Source: Patescibacteria group bacterium (GTDB lineage Bacteria > Patescibacteriota > Microgenomatia > UBA10105 > UBA927). Taken from it: DNA of 64,000 bases. Shown here piece after piece: positions 36,719-45,250 of the stretch. The notes under the pieces are model-generated. The model was not told the DNA's origin, searched no databases, and worked only from the letters and a program-made list of their open reading frames with translations. The position numbers and the translations under genes are program-made. The stretch lies in NCBI GenBank assembly GCA_035510735.1, contig DATKGN010000010.1, forward strand, positions 27,814-91,813. The letters run 5' to 3'. Positions within the stretch are counted from its first letter, which is position 1, and each line of letters starts with the position of its first letter.

Positions 36719-37561
36719 ATGACCATCCAAGAACAAGCTGAATTAAAACGCGGAGCCCCCTCGCATGAAACTCCAACATTTGATAAGGAATCGGTCATTG
36801 GCGCTACTCGTGTCTTAATTGGCCAACTCGACGGTTTGAGGCAGTTTGCAGATCGCGAGAACCTTGACACCTCAATGGAAATCCTCACAAATCTCTTAGT
36901 GCGCGTGCCTCCCACGGAGGAAATCAGGGAATCGCTCACTGATTTTGTTACCAATGTGCCGGATAAATCAAATGAGAAGGAAAAAAGACATTATGTCCGG
37001 ATGCTCAGATTCCTGGCTCCATTTGTCGACTCCGCAAGCGTACTTAACGGTTTAAATCATGCAAAAAGATATCCGGGATTCAACAAGTTCAAAGATGCAC
37101 TCCCGATCCTCATACAGCTAGATGATAAGTCAGAGGCAATCTCAGCGATGCAAACATTAGCAAAAAATACGAACAGGTGGTCCCGAGAATTTGTATCAGT
37201 AGCAACCGTTTTTGAAGGGTTAGCCTATATTCACAACGAAGATGCGGTCACTATGCTCCAAGAAGGACTCACGATAACAAACCAAAAAATGGAAACAATT
37301 GAACGCAAATCGGCCTACACTGCAAAAGACGGTGATGATATGCACGCGTATTCCTATATCCGTGAGTCCATAATATCCGCGCTTGCCCATAATAACGACC
37401 CTCATGCGCTGGCCGTATTAACACAAGAACTTGAAATTGTGACTAATCAGATAGTCGATTATAAGGAAGCAAATAAAAGAGTTTTCGAAGTAAATCATAC
37501 AACGAATCTGCTAGAGATAGTCAGAGCACTGATGGCGAAGGCTGATGGGCGCGCCGCTTGA
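36719..37561 (+). CDS. hypothetical alpha-helical repeat protein
   Basis: 280 aa, helical-repeat-like composition. Overlaps the next ORF by 17 nt in another frame. Confidence 0.45.
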   Translation: MTIQEQAELKRGAPSHETPTFDKESVIGATRVLIGQLDGLRQFADRENLDTSMEILTNLLVRVPPTEEIRESLTDFVTNVPDKSNEKEKRHYVRMLRFLAPFVDSASVLNGLNHAKRYPGFNKFKDALPILIQLDDKSEAISAMQTLAKNTNRWSREFVSVATVFEGLAYIHNEDAVTMLQEGLTITNQKMETIERKSAYTAKDGDDMHAYSYIRESIISALAHNNDPHALAVLTQELEIVTNQIVDYKEANKRVFEVNHTTNLLEIVRALMAKADGRAA

Positions 37562-38303
37562 TCAAAAAACGTTTGACGCGTGTATGCGGGCGTTCTCGTT
37601 GGGTAACACAGAAATAACGAATATCGTCGGGTATTCGTTGCTCCCATCCGGCCCGCTCGATCATGACGAAGCAACATTTGAACTTCGCCCATGGGACTAC
37701 CAAGAATGTGATCTGTTTATGGCGGAGTTGGCAATACTCCATAATCAGGGTTCAGAGAGCGACAAGCGTCTTGTCAAAAATAAAACGCTCTACACAAACA
37801 TGGTTGAGTTTGTCCCTTATAACCACCGCGCACACGATTTAGACGTTATAGCCCGATACATCGGGATAAATAATAAATCATTCTTACCTGAAGCGGTATT
37901 CAATACTCCAATGCCTACCCTCCAAAACATCGATAACCTTATGATGAATAAAGCTATTGTAAAACTTCCTAAAATAATCGAACCCATTTGGTATCAAAGG
38001 TTTGGTCCAATAAGCATGATAACACTGCATAACCCTCATGCATCCGTTGAGGATCGTATTGGCGCGGCGATGGCAATAAAAGATAAATATGTGCGAAAAC
38101 CCGTGGAAAGCATTGAGAGGTCACTTAGATTCGCAGAATTAGTGGGTGAGCTTTTTAAGAACAATCCTGATCTTGTAAAAACTGCTGTGGCAGCAGTCTG
38201 TGTGAGCATTGTGCCCGGACGGACCGCAGAACTGCTTAACAACTTCTCCGGTGATACGGCCATTAAGCGCGGTATTTTGTGGGCACTTGAACAATCGAAG
38301 TAA
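37545..38303 (+). CDS. hypothetical alpha-helical protein
   Basis: 252 aa. Possibly the continuation of the previous ORF after a frameshift. Confidence 0.4.
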   Translation: MGAPLDQKTFDACMRAFSLGNTEITNIVGYSLLPSGPLDHDEATFELRPWDYQECDLFMAELAILHNQGSESDKRLVKNKTLYTNMVEFVPYNHRAHDLDVIARYIGINNKSFLPEAVFNTPMPTLQNIDNLMMNKAIVKLPKIIEPIWYQRFGPISMITLHNPHASVEDRIGAAMAIKDKYVRKPVESIERSLRFAELVGELFKNNPDLVKTAVAAVCVSIVPGRTAELLNNFSGDTAIKRGILWALEQSK

Positions 38304-38380
38304 AACGAATATAATACACTAATCCTAAAGACCGTGCGCCATTCGATAAAGGATATAAGCCGCACCGAGGGAAATTAGTA

Positions 38381-38448
38381 AGAACTTAGGGCGTAGAGCA
38401 TTAGAGCTTAGAAAAACTAAACTCTAAGCACTAAACCCTAAACTCTAA
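38381..38448. repeat. TAGAG/CTCTA palindromic element (copy 7)
   Basis: 'gaacttagggcgtagagcattagagcttagaaaaactaaactctaagcactaaaccctaaactctaaca'. Confidence 0.6.
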
Positions 38449-38474
38449 CATTCCCTCATCAAGAGGGATTTTTT

Positions 38475-39020
38475 ATGGAACACCCATCGAAAGGGACGCC
38501 GAAAAAAGTAAATACCGTAACCGAACTAACGGAGAGGGTCGCAAAGGCCAAATCCATGATCGTCGTGGAATATCAGGGTGTCAAACACAAGCAATTTGAA
38601 GAGCTCCGGAAAACCCTCAGGAAGACGAATGCGGAATTTGTCGTGACGAAAAACAGACTTTTCAAACGCGCGCTCGGCGATAAATCAAAATTACTGGAAT
38701 CACTTCTCGAACAGCCGACGGCTACCCTTTTCACCTATGGTGACGAGGTTGCCCCCCTTAAAGATCTCATGAAGTTTTTCAAGACTGTGGGATTCGGCAA
38801 AGCCAAAGGCGGGCTGTTGGGCACAACCGTATTAAGTGACACGGATGTAACCCGGCTTTCCACCCTTCCCACCCGAGAACTTCTCCTCGGCAGTCTGGTA
38901 CGGCAGCTTAACGCGCCGATCCAAAGCCTGCACTACGGACTTCAATGGAATTTGAATAAGTTAGTTTGGGCGATAAATAGTATAAAAAATTCAAAATCCG
39001 AAGCACTAAATTCAAAATAA
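38475..39020 (+). CDS. rplJ: 50S ribosomal protein L10
   Basis: 'AKSMIVVEYQGVKHKQFEELRKTLRKTNAEFVVTKNRLFKRAL'. Confidence 0.85.
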   Translation: MEHPSKGTPKKVNTVTELTERVAKAKSMIVVEYQGVKHKQFEELRKTLRKTNAEFVVTKNRLFKRALGDKSKLLESLLEQPTATLFTYGDEVAPLKDLMKFFKTVGFGKAKGGLLGTTVLSDTDVTRLSTLPTRELLLGSLVRQLNAPIQSLHYGLQWNLNKLVWAINSIKNSKSEALNSK

Positions 39021-39029
39021 TATCAAAAT

Positions 39030-39115
39030 TCAAATATCGAATGTTTTGAATTTAAGATTTGTTCATTTAGATTTATTTTGGATTTAGAGTTTTGAAATTA
39101 GGATTTGTTTATTGA
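39030..39115. repeat. 'aattcaaaa/ggatttgg' low-complexity repeat, related to the in-frame repeats inside the O-antigen ligase gene
   Basis: 'aaaattcaaatatcgaatgttttgaatttaagatttgttcatttagatttattttggatttagagttttgaaattaggatttg'. Confidence 0.45.
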
Positions 39116-39134
39116 AAGGTGGTGACAACAAATT

Positions 39135-39524
39135 ATGGCAAAATTATCCAAAGATGAAATACTAGCGGCAGTAGGTGAAATGACCGTACTCGAACTGGCA
39201 GATCTCGTGAAAGCACTCGAGGAAAAATTTGGTGTCACCGCAGCTCCTGTCGCCGTTGCCGGTGCCGCACCAGCAGCCGCAGCAGATAGCGGAGAACCCA
39301 AAGAGGAACAAACAGTATTTAACGTCGTTCTGGCTGCCGCAGGCGCCAACAAAATCGGCGCTATTAAAGCGGTCCGTGAACTCGTTCCGACGCTCGGTCT
39401 TCAGGAAGCAAAGACACTCGTTGAGAGCGCTCCCAAAGAAGTCCTGACAGGCGTTAACAAAGCAGCAGCTGAGGAAGCCAAGAAAAAGCTGGAAGCCGCA
39501 GGGGCCAAGGTGGAACTAAAGTAA
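39135..39524 (+). CDS. rplL: 50S ribosomal protein L7/L12
   Basis: '[34 protein letters not shown]...[12 protein letters not shown]'. Confidence 0.9.
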   Translation: MAKLSKDEILAAVGEMTVLELADLVKALEEKFGVTAAPVAVAGAAPAAAADSGEPKEEQTVFNVVLAAAGANKIGAIKAVRELVPTLGLQEAKTLVESAPKEVLTGVNKAAAEEAKKKLEAAGAKVELK

Positions 39525-39925
39525 TAACTGAAGCAAAAGGAAGTCCGTGGTCAGTTTTCGAGTTTTCGAGAAATTACTGCCACGGATCCCGCATGAGCGC
39601 TCTTTCGAGTCGAGGATGTAAACCTCGCGAGAAAGTAAGCTTCGTGCGGGACGAAAAAGAAATTAGAGGCCGCGGGCGCGAAGGTCGAGCTCAAATAAAA
39701 AATACGATAAAACCCAATTCATATTGGGTCGAGATCCCGACGAATAATATGAGTCGGGATAAGAGCTCAAATAAGAATAAAATAGAAATCCGGCGAAGCC
39801 GGATTCGAGATTCTGATGAGATTTACGAATCAGAATGTGAGCTCAAATAATTATAAAATAAAGTCCAGCTTAGCTGGACCGACATCCCGATAAGTTATAC
39901 GAATCGGGATAAGAGCTCAAGTAAT
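39525..39925 (+). repeat. array of hairpins each followed by a re-coded copy of the rplL 3' end plus stop codon
   Basis: 39669-39698 'gccgcgggcgcgaaggtcgagctcaaataa' encodes AAGAKVELK-stop, the same as the rplL C-terminus, with different codons. Then 'gagctcaaataa' at 39763 and 39839 and 'gagctcaagtaa' at 39913 (ELK-stop). Each is preceded by a hairpin such as 'atcccgac..gtcgggat', 'attctgat..atcagaat' or 'atcccgat..atcgggat'. Confidence 0.75.
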
Positions 39926-39933
39926 GACTTTCT

Positions 39934-40013
39934 TGTCATCGTGAGTCGAGTCTTCGAGACGTGGCGATCTCAAACAAGATTGCTTCGCCGTCCGAACGGT
40001 CTCGCAATGACAT
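39934..40013. repeat. TGTCAT-element (complete; TIR 'tgtcatcgtgag...ctcgcaatgaca')
   Basis: Internal 'tcgagtcttcgagacgtggcgatc...gattgcttcg' is nearly identical to the copy at 61945-62037. Confidence 0.7.
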
Positions 40014-40025
40014 TACTATAAAATC

Positions 40026-40070
40026 TAAAAATCCCCCGCAACCCTTACAGGGTAAAGGGGGATTTTTTTG
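40026..40070 (+). terminator. strong rho-independent terminator
   Basis: 'aaaaatccccc-gcaacccttacagggtaaa-gggggatttttttg'. Confidence 0.6.
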
Positions 40071-40155
40071 ATAACACGTGTAATCTACTTGACAATTAGA
40101 CCCTTTTGATCGACACTACGCACCAATAACTCCTGCCCGCCAAAAAGGAGAATAT

Positions 40156-40707
40156 ATGAAGGAATATATATTAGGTCATGTCGAGAAAGGTCCCGCTCCG
40201 GTTCAGGCGGCGGACCGGTTATTAGCCAAGCTTCTTGCAAATCATATTGTGTTACGATCATCCTACATAGCGGATAAGGATTATCCGAACCTTCGTAAGG
40301 GGGCTCCAATAGAAAACCGCGAGATACGGTTGGGTTTAGTCGATGCGCCAAAAGGTGCACCGCATGTCGTATTTGTCGGAAAGGAATCCGACCTAAAGGG
40401 GATGAAGGCAGCGTTCTTACAGGGAGAAACAACCGAGACATGGTCCCTTAAAATCCAATCCACCAACAAAGTCTCCGAGGGTGAACGAACGATTACCATC
40501 GTCAACGGCTTTGTGTGTAGCGATATAATGAAAGTCGAAGACAGGTTGGAGCCGTTAGTTATCAGCACCCGCGCGATGGGGACCGGCAATCTTATAGAGG
40601 GACATCCCTCAACACCCGCTGATGGGATTATTGTTTTTGTCGGCACACGACTGAGTGATACAGGTACAGAGATAGCCAGCATAAACGCTGTACATGTAGG
40701 AGATTAA
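40156..40707 (+). CDS. hypothetical protein
   Basis: 183-aa ORF with SD-like 'aaaaggag' upstream. No recognisable domain. Confidence 0.45.
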   Translation: MKEYILGHVEKGPAPVQAADRLLAKLLANHIVLRSSYIADKDYPNLRKGAPIENREIRLGLVDAPKGAPHVVFVGKESDLKGMKAAFLQGETTETWSLKIQSTNKVSEGERTITIVNGFVCSDIMKVEDRLEPLVISTRAMGTGNLIEGHPSTPADGIIVFVGTRLSDTGTEIASINAVHVGD

Positions 40708-41094
40708 TTTCTTATCCCTCTACGGTCACTACAGTGGCTTGTGGAAATGGCCTAAGCAATCACCGAAGATAAGTGCTACACCAAGCTAAACTGCTTTTCC
40801 CGAAGCTATCCCGAACGCCAAAAATAGCCTGAAGCACTCCCTAGGGCTCATTGCCAACAACGTGGAAAAGCATCGTTACTACAGGATAACATAGTTTGAT
40901 ATGGTTACAGCTCCCCGCCTTTCTGCGGGGATACGGAAATAATCAAAGACGAATACCCCCAGGTTACCACTATAACACCATCACCTGTATTGAACACAAT
41001 TCGTATCCTATTTTGTTCCGATTCAAATTTTTGGACACTTTTTGTTGACAACGGATATTTTAATGAACACAACATTTATAGGACATTACTTGAG

Positions 41095-41182
41095 TGTCAT
41101 TGCGAGTCCGTTCGGACGGCGAAGCAATCTCGTTCACCAAGAAAGAGATCGCCACTCCGCCAGTCGGCGGATCGCGATGACA
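41095..41182. repeat. TGTCAT-element (TIR 'gtgtcattgcgag...atcgcgatgaca')
   Basis: Contains 'ggcgaagcaatctcg'. Confidence 0.65.
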
Positions 41183-41262
41183 AAAAATGTCAATACAGTG
41201 ACGTCGCAAAATACATTATTATTACCACAAGTTATCAACAAACGTCTTATTATCCCAGACTT

Positions 41263-41339
41263 TTGTCATCCTCGGGTCAAGCCCGAGGATCTGCTTTAAA
41301 TTGAAGCCAAACCGATTCCCGCCTTCGCGGGAATGACAT
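41263..41339. repeat. TGTCAT-element variant ('ttgtcatcctcgggtcaagcccgaggat...ttcccgccttcgcgggaatgacat')
   Basis: Shares the 'cctcgggtcaagcccgaggat' arm with the in-gene copy at 50152-50179. Confidence 0.6.
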
Positions 41340-41390
41340 AAGGATATAATCAATAACAATCTATATCGTACTATCTGCATTCATTTGATA

Positions 41391-41419
41391 CCCCTTGACA
41401 ACGTTTGATGTGACGTGTA
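41391..41419 (+). promoter_or_regulatory. candidate sigma70-like promoter upstream of the excisionase-like gene
   Basis: 'TTGACA' - 17 nt - 'TATTGT'. Confidence 0.3.
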
Positions 41420-41561
41420 TTGTTGTGAATGATTAACAATCATTTATAGTTTCTCCCCTCCTTCTCCGTCAGTTGACGGATTCGGAGGGCAGGCTGCTCA
41501 AAATATAAATATACGTCTTCTTGCCCTGAGGTTTGTTATTTAACCTTAGCATTCGGTCTTC

Positions 41562-41598
41562 ACGAATTAACTAAGTAACTAAGTAACAAAGTAACTAT
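41562..41598. repeat. tandem 8-nt 'taactaag/taacaaag' repeats
   Basis: 'taactaagtaactaagtaacaaagtaac'. Confidence 0.6.
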
Positions 41599-41599
41599 T

Positions 41600-41800
41600 A
41601 TGTCATTAGGAGATGAATGGCCGGACCTGTTAACAGTCCGCGAGGTCGCAAAAATATTACGCGTCTCGCCGCTCACGATCAAACGCTGGGGCAAGCGCGG
41701 TAAGCTTCCTGCTATCCGCATCAACTCACGGGGCGACCGCAGATATAAGAAAGAGGCCGTCATGTGGCTCCTGGGACTACAGCAAAAAGGGGCTGTGTAA
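41600..41800 (+). CDS. excisionase/AlpA-family helix-turn-helix DNA-binding protein
   Basis: 'LLTVREVAKILRVSPLTIKRWGKRGKLPAIRINSRGDRRYKKE' is the Xis/MerR-type HTH of excisionase-family proteins. Confidence 0.6.
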   Translation: MSLGDEWPDLLTVREVAKILRVSPLTIKRWGKRGKLPAIRINSRGDRRYKKEAVMWLLGLQQKGAV

Positions 41801-41872
41801 TATAGCAACACGAGCAAGGCCGGTTACTTAGTTACTTGGAAAACACGAGCGTGAGCAAGACTAGTTACCTAG

Positions 41873-42226
41873 TCACTTAGAAAGACTTGAACGGAGTGCC
41901 GTAAGCATCTTCGATATCTCAAATATTTTCTGTTTTAACTCTTGAAAATCACGTTCTGCTATAAGGCGTTGATCCTTTGCAATAGTGATAATTGGTACGC
42001 ACTCATAGCAAGATCCCCTGGCAATTGAAAGAAAATGCTGAAAGTCTTTTCCTGTTCTACTGGACCCCTCGGCAATATTTAGAGATATAGATAAAGCGGC
42101 GCGATTTAGCTGATCCCCTAAACTAAATCGCAGTTGTGAGGGCCATTTGCCCGTTAAAGTGAATATTTTGTTTGATAGAACAACAGCCTCCTGATAAACC
42201 AACAGATTTTCAAATCGAAATTCCAT
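41873..42226 (-). CDS. four-helix-bundle protein (23S rRNA IVS protein family)
   Basis: 'MEFRFENLLVYQEAVVL...GDQLNRAALSISLNIAEGSSRTGKDFQHFLSIARGSCYEC'. Flanked by 'gttacttagttacttgg' / 'ccaagtaac' inverted octamer repeats (41825-41880 and 42232-42262). Confidence 0.75.
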   Translation of the reverse strand: MEFRFENLLVYQEAVVLSNKIFTLTGKWPSQLRFSLGDQLNRAALSISLNIAEGSSRTGKDFQHFLSIARGSCYECVPIITIAKDQRLIAERDFQELKQKIFEISKMLTALRSSLSK

Positions 42227-42267
42227 AGTGTTACTAAGTAACCAAGTAACTTGCGTTGCTCGCGTTG

Positions 42268-43086
42268 CTATATTGACACTTTCGCTTCCCCAAACTCCCC
42301 TATTTTTTTCATCGATCGTGCATGACCCCACACAAAATCAAACATCTGCTTCTGCATGGAGGCAAAGTCGGGATTCACAATCTCCACGCAGAATATATCG
42401 TCGTGTAAATAGTGATATTGGGCCGTCACATCGTTATAAATAACAATCTCGGAGGTAATGGCAAGTTCTTTGGGGTCCATATACCGCGGCGTCCAGAATG
42501 TAACCGCAGCTGCTTTGATTTTCGTCCACGCCTCCATATGGGCGATGTTGGTGAGCTGGAGCGTATGAATTTTATGTTCAACCAGTTCCGCTCTCACTTT
42601 TTCACTGAATTCCTGGGGAAGGAAGGCGGTCATGCTTGTGGCCACTTCATAAATCCGAAGCTCTCCCCGGGCCCTGATCGAATTCCATGTGACGTGCTTT
42701 AACCCGTCAATCCCATGATGGTAATAAACCTTTGATCCCGTCATCCCCCGCCTGTGGAGGGCCGCAAGCTCCTCAAATACAGCAGGCATGGAGGCTTTGA
42801 GGCTGTCCAGATCGCTTTGCCTCTGGGCAAGGATGAGTTCCATCTGCTCATACGGGCTGGCCGTGAACTTGAGACCAAGCGTATCGAACTTCTGGGTGAC
42901 AAGTCCGTGAGCCTCCAGCTTGTCCAAAAGCCGATACACGCGTGTTCTGGCCATATGGATCTGACGGCTGATCTCAAGCGCTGAAAGCGTGCCTTTTTCC
43001 AGTAAATACAGGTAAATCTCCACTTCGGGAGTGGCAAGGCCCAAGCGGGTCAACGTGCGGGTGAGTATGTCTGTTTGATCGGACAT
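42268..43086 (-). CDS. TrmB-family transcriptional regulator (sugar-responsive type)
   Basis: N-terminal 'LGLATPEVEIYLYLLEKGTLSALEISRQIHMARTRVYRLLDKLEAHGLV' TrmB HTH, plus a C-terminal effector domain. Confidence 0.7.
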   Translation of the reverse strand: MSDQTDILTRTLTRLGLATPEVEIYLYLLEKGTLSALEISRQIHMARTRVYRLLDKLEAHGLVTQKFDTLGLKFTASPYEQMELILAQRQSDLDSLKASMPAVFEELAALHRRGMTGSKVYYHHGIDGLKHVTWNSIRARGELRIYEVATSMTAFLPQEFSEKVRAELVEHKIHTLQLTNIAHMEAWTKIKAAAVTFWTPRYMDPKELAITSEIVIYNDVTAQYHYLHDDIFCVEIVNPDFASMQKQMFDFVWGHARSMKKIGEFGEAKVSI

Positions 43087-43140
43087 CAGCTTGGAGTATA
43101 GCGCTATCAGACCATATAATCAAATACGAAAAGGAGACAT

Positions 43141-43473
43141 ATGGAAAAACCAATTCAAACAAATATAACAGACCGTGGACTTTTATCGGTGGATCTACTT
43201 ACATATATTTTAACGCGTCGTCCCGGTAGAGGTTTACATCAGCTCTTTGCTCCCGATATTCCGATCGGCGAGCAGCTGGCCCAAAGTTATTTGCTCACAG
43301 GTCCGGAGGGATTGCCAGAGCCCATGACAACAAAAGCTGAAGAACAGCGAAAAACTCTGAATATGACTCGTGAAGAGGCTAAAAATCGATTTGACGCACA
43401 GCTTGCTAAAGTCGGAATTACTCGAGATACATTTTTGGGATGGACGGAATCAGTGGCCAATAAAATACAATAA
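43141..43473 (+). CDS. hypothetical protein
   Basis: 110 aa, no motif. Confidence 0.35.
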   Translation: MEKPIQTNITDRGLLSVDLLTYILTRRPGRGLHQLFAPDIPIGEQLAQSYLLTGPEGLPEPMTTKAEEQRKTLNMTREEAKNRFDAQLAKVGITRDTFLGWTESVANKIQ

Positions 43474-43485
43474 TCATTTGCATAT

Positions 43486-44065
43486 GAAACCGATATTTCT
43501 ATTATTAAGTATCATCCTGCCAATCTATTCTCCGATCCTCTACATCAAGTCCATCCTTAGAGGCGGAGCAAGGCCGCACCGGACAACGCGGTTTGTCATC
43601 CTCATGACAACCACGCTGACGACGCTATCGCTCCTTGCGGCTCATGATCATGTGGCTCTTTGGTTGTCAGTAATATCAACCTTGCAGGCTATCGCTATAT
43701 TTTCCCTCAGTATCAAATACGGCATGGGTGGATGGGCAAAAAGCGATATTGTGTGCATGGGATTAGCCGTTATCGGAATCGTGGTGTGGCAAGTCACGAA
43801 AAATCCGGTCTATGGTTTATATTTTGGGATATTGGCCGATTTCATGGGGATGTTGCCTACTATTCTTAAAACGTATCGGTATCCTGAAACGGAAATGTGG
43901 CAATTCTTCGGCATTGACGCCCTGGCGGGTACGTTTAATTTTCTCGCATTGAGTTCATTTGCCCCGGCAACTTTCTCCTATCCGCTCTATCTGGTGTTTA
44001 TTAACGGGGTTATTGCAATCCTTGCAATACGAAAAAAAACAGACCGTTACCTACGCTATAACTGA
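43486..44065 (+). CDS. hypothetical polytopic membrane protein
   Basis: ATG 43486 'MKPIFLLLSIILPIYSPIL', about 5 TM helices. Confidence 0.45.
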
Positions 44066-44068
44066 AAG

Positions 44069-44890
44069 TTAATGTCCGTGGTGGCCTTCGTCTTTACGTT
44101 CTTTCGCTTCTTCATTCCTAAGGTCAGCTGCCATTTGATCTAAAAGCATCAACGGAGCTAATCTTATCGCCTCTTGAACAGCCTGAGCCAGTTGACCAAG
44201 ATGTTCAAGACGTGTACGGATCGGGAAGAGAATTGATTTGACCTCTTTATATCCCCTTGGCGCAAAAGCATTTAATTCATTGTCGGTAAATAGATCAGTT
44301 ACCTTACCTGTATTATAAAACCGTAATTTGGTAAGTGCCGGTGTTTTTGGATCATTAATCGCATATAAATATTCAAGCCGCGTAGCAGTGTCACGTTGGG
44401 TTTCTTTATCAACCCGGCTATGGCTCAAGCGAGCATAAACTTCTTGAAGATCGTCTTGATTGACGGGTTCCGGTTTGCCATGCGCGTTTTTTTCAAAACG
44501 GGGCGCCCATAAAAGACCGAATTTATGAAACATACCATCCATCATCGGATTATTAAAAATTGACCCCTTCACCGTGACGTCGCCCGATGACCCTCTGGTA
44601 AGAGTGACTATGCCATCATCCCATCGATACACCGAAGCCTTACTATGCCAGGCAAGTTGGACAATTGTCCTTTGATCTGATGTTCCAGAGGCAATGATGT
44701 GAAAGTCAGTCTGCTCAAACGGATCAGTAAGAGCCGCGACATATTGATTATGAACACCGGGAAGGTGACCGGTTGGCACTTCTACCCCTTTTATCGCGCG
44801 ATCTAAGACTAAATCAAATAAATCTGAAGGAGTTACTTCTTTATCTTCTATCTTACGTGCGTTACCGGGAAAAATGTATTCTGGTTGCAT
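44069..44890 (-). CDS. hypothetical protein
   Basis: 273 aa, no recognised motif. Confidence 0.45.
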   Translation of the reverse strand: MQPEYIFPGNARKIEDKEVTPSDLFDLVLDRAIKGVEVPTGHLPGVHNQYVAALTDPFEQTDFHIIASGTSDQRTIVQLAWHSKASVYRWDDGIVTLTRGSSGDVTVKGSIFNNPMMDGMFHKFGLLWAPRFEKNAHGKPEPVNQDDLQEVYARLSHSRVDKETQRDTATRLEYLYAINDPKTPALTKLRFYNTGKVTDLFTDNELNAFAPRGYKEVKSILFPIRTRLEHLGQLAQAVQEAIRLAPLMLLDQMAADLRNEEAKERKDEGHHGH

Positions 44891-44968
44891 AATCCGTTTA
44901 TTATAGGATAATAATTACCCCGTGTCAAGCTTAGACTTTCACATTTTGAAGCTCCTCCTCAGCGGTTT

Positions 44969-45241
44969 TTATCGATATAACTGGTTATGTGTACCGAGAG
45001 CAACAAAGTATGCAAACGGACCATCGATAAGCGAATCAACTTCTCGATATATTGCCCTCCAATCGCCGGTAATATTAATGCTGCGACGCCCCATGTATTC
45101 CCCAACGAGTTTATGATTTCTTAAAAGCGGATGATAGGGGTTGGAAACAAACAAATCTAACCGGATACTAACTACCCGTTGGACATCATGGGGCGAATTC
45201 TGTAATTGTTTATCAAATTTCGGACTAAACTTAATCCTCAC
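44969..45241 (-). CDS. type II toxin, RelE/ParE family
   Basis: 'HKLVGEYMGRRSINITGDWRAIYRE' matches the RelE/ParE core. Confidence 0.65.
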   Translation of the reverse strand: MRIKFSPKFDKQLQNSPHDVQRVVSIRLDLFVSNPYHPLLRNHKLVGEYMGRRSINITGDWRAIYREVDSLIDGPFAYFVALGTHNQLYR

Positions 45242-45250
45242 CTTATCAGA

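Noticed and set aside
39593-39850. Track ORF 39593-39850 (85 aa)
   Set aside because: It lies entirely within the hairpin/3'-end repeat array. Its low-complexity translation is driven by the repeats.
39525-39925. A CRISPR array (regular hairpin-containing repeats)
   Set aside because: The units are not identical direct repeats with unique spacers, and their periodicity is irregular. Each unit ends in a coding-sequence copy (ELK-stop). No cas genes are nearby.
32265-39925. A diversity-generating retroelement (template/variable repeat at gene 3' ends)
   Set aside because: The copies are only 12-33 nt. Differences are synonymous and not adenine-specific. No reverse transcriptase or accessory gene is present.
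40990-41304. Track ORFs 40990-41304 and 41042-41299
   Set aside because: They read through two TGTCAT palindromic elements. They have no RBS and are out of frame with each other.
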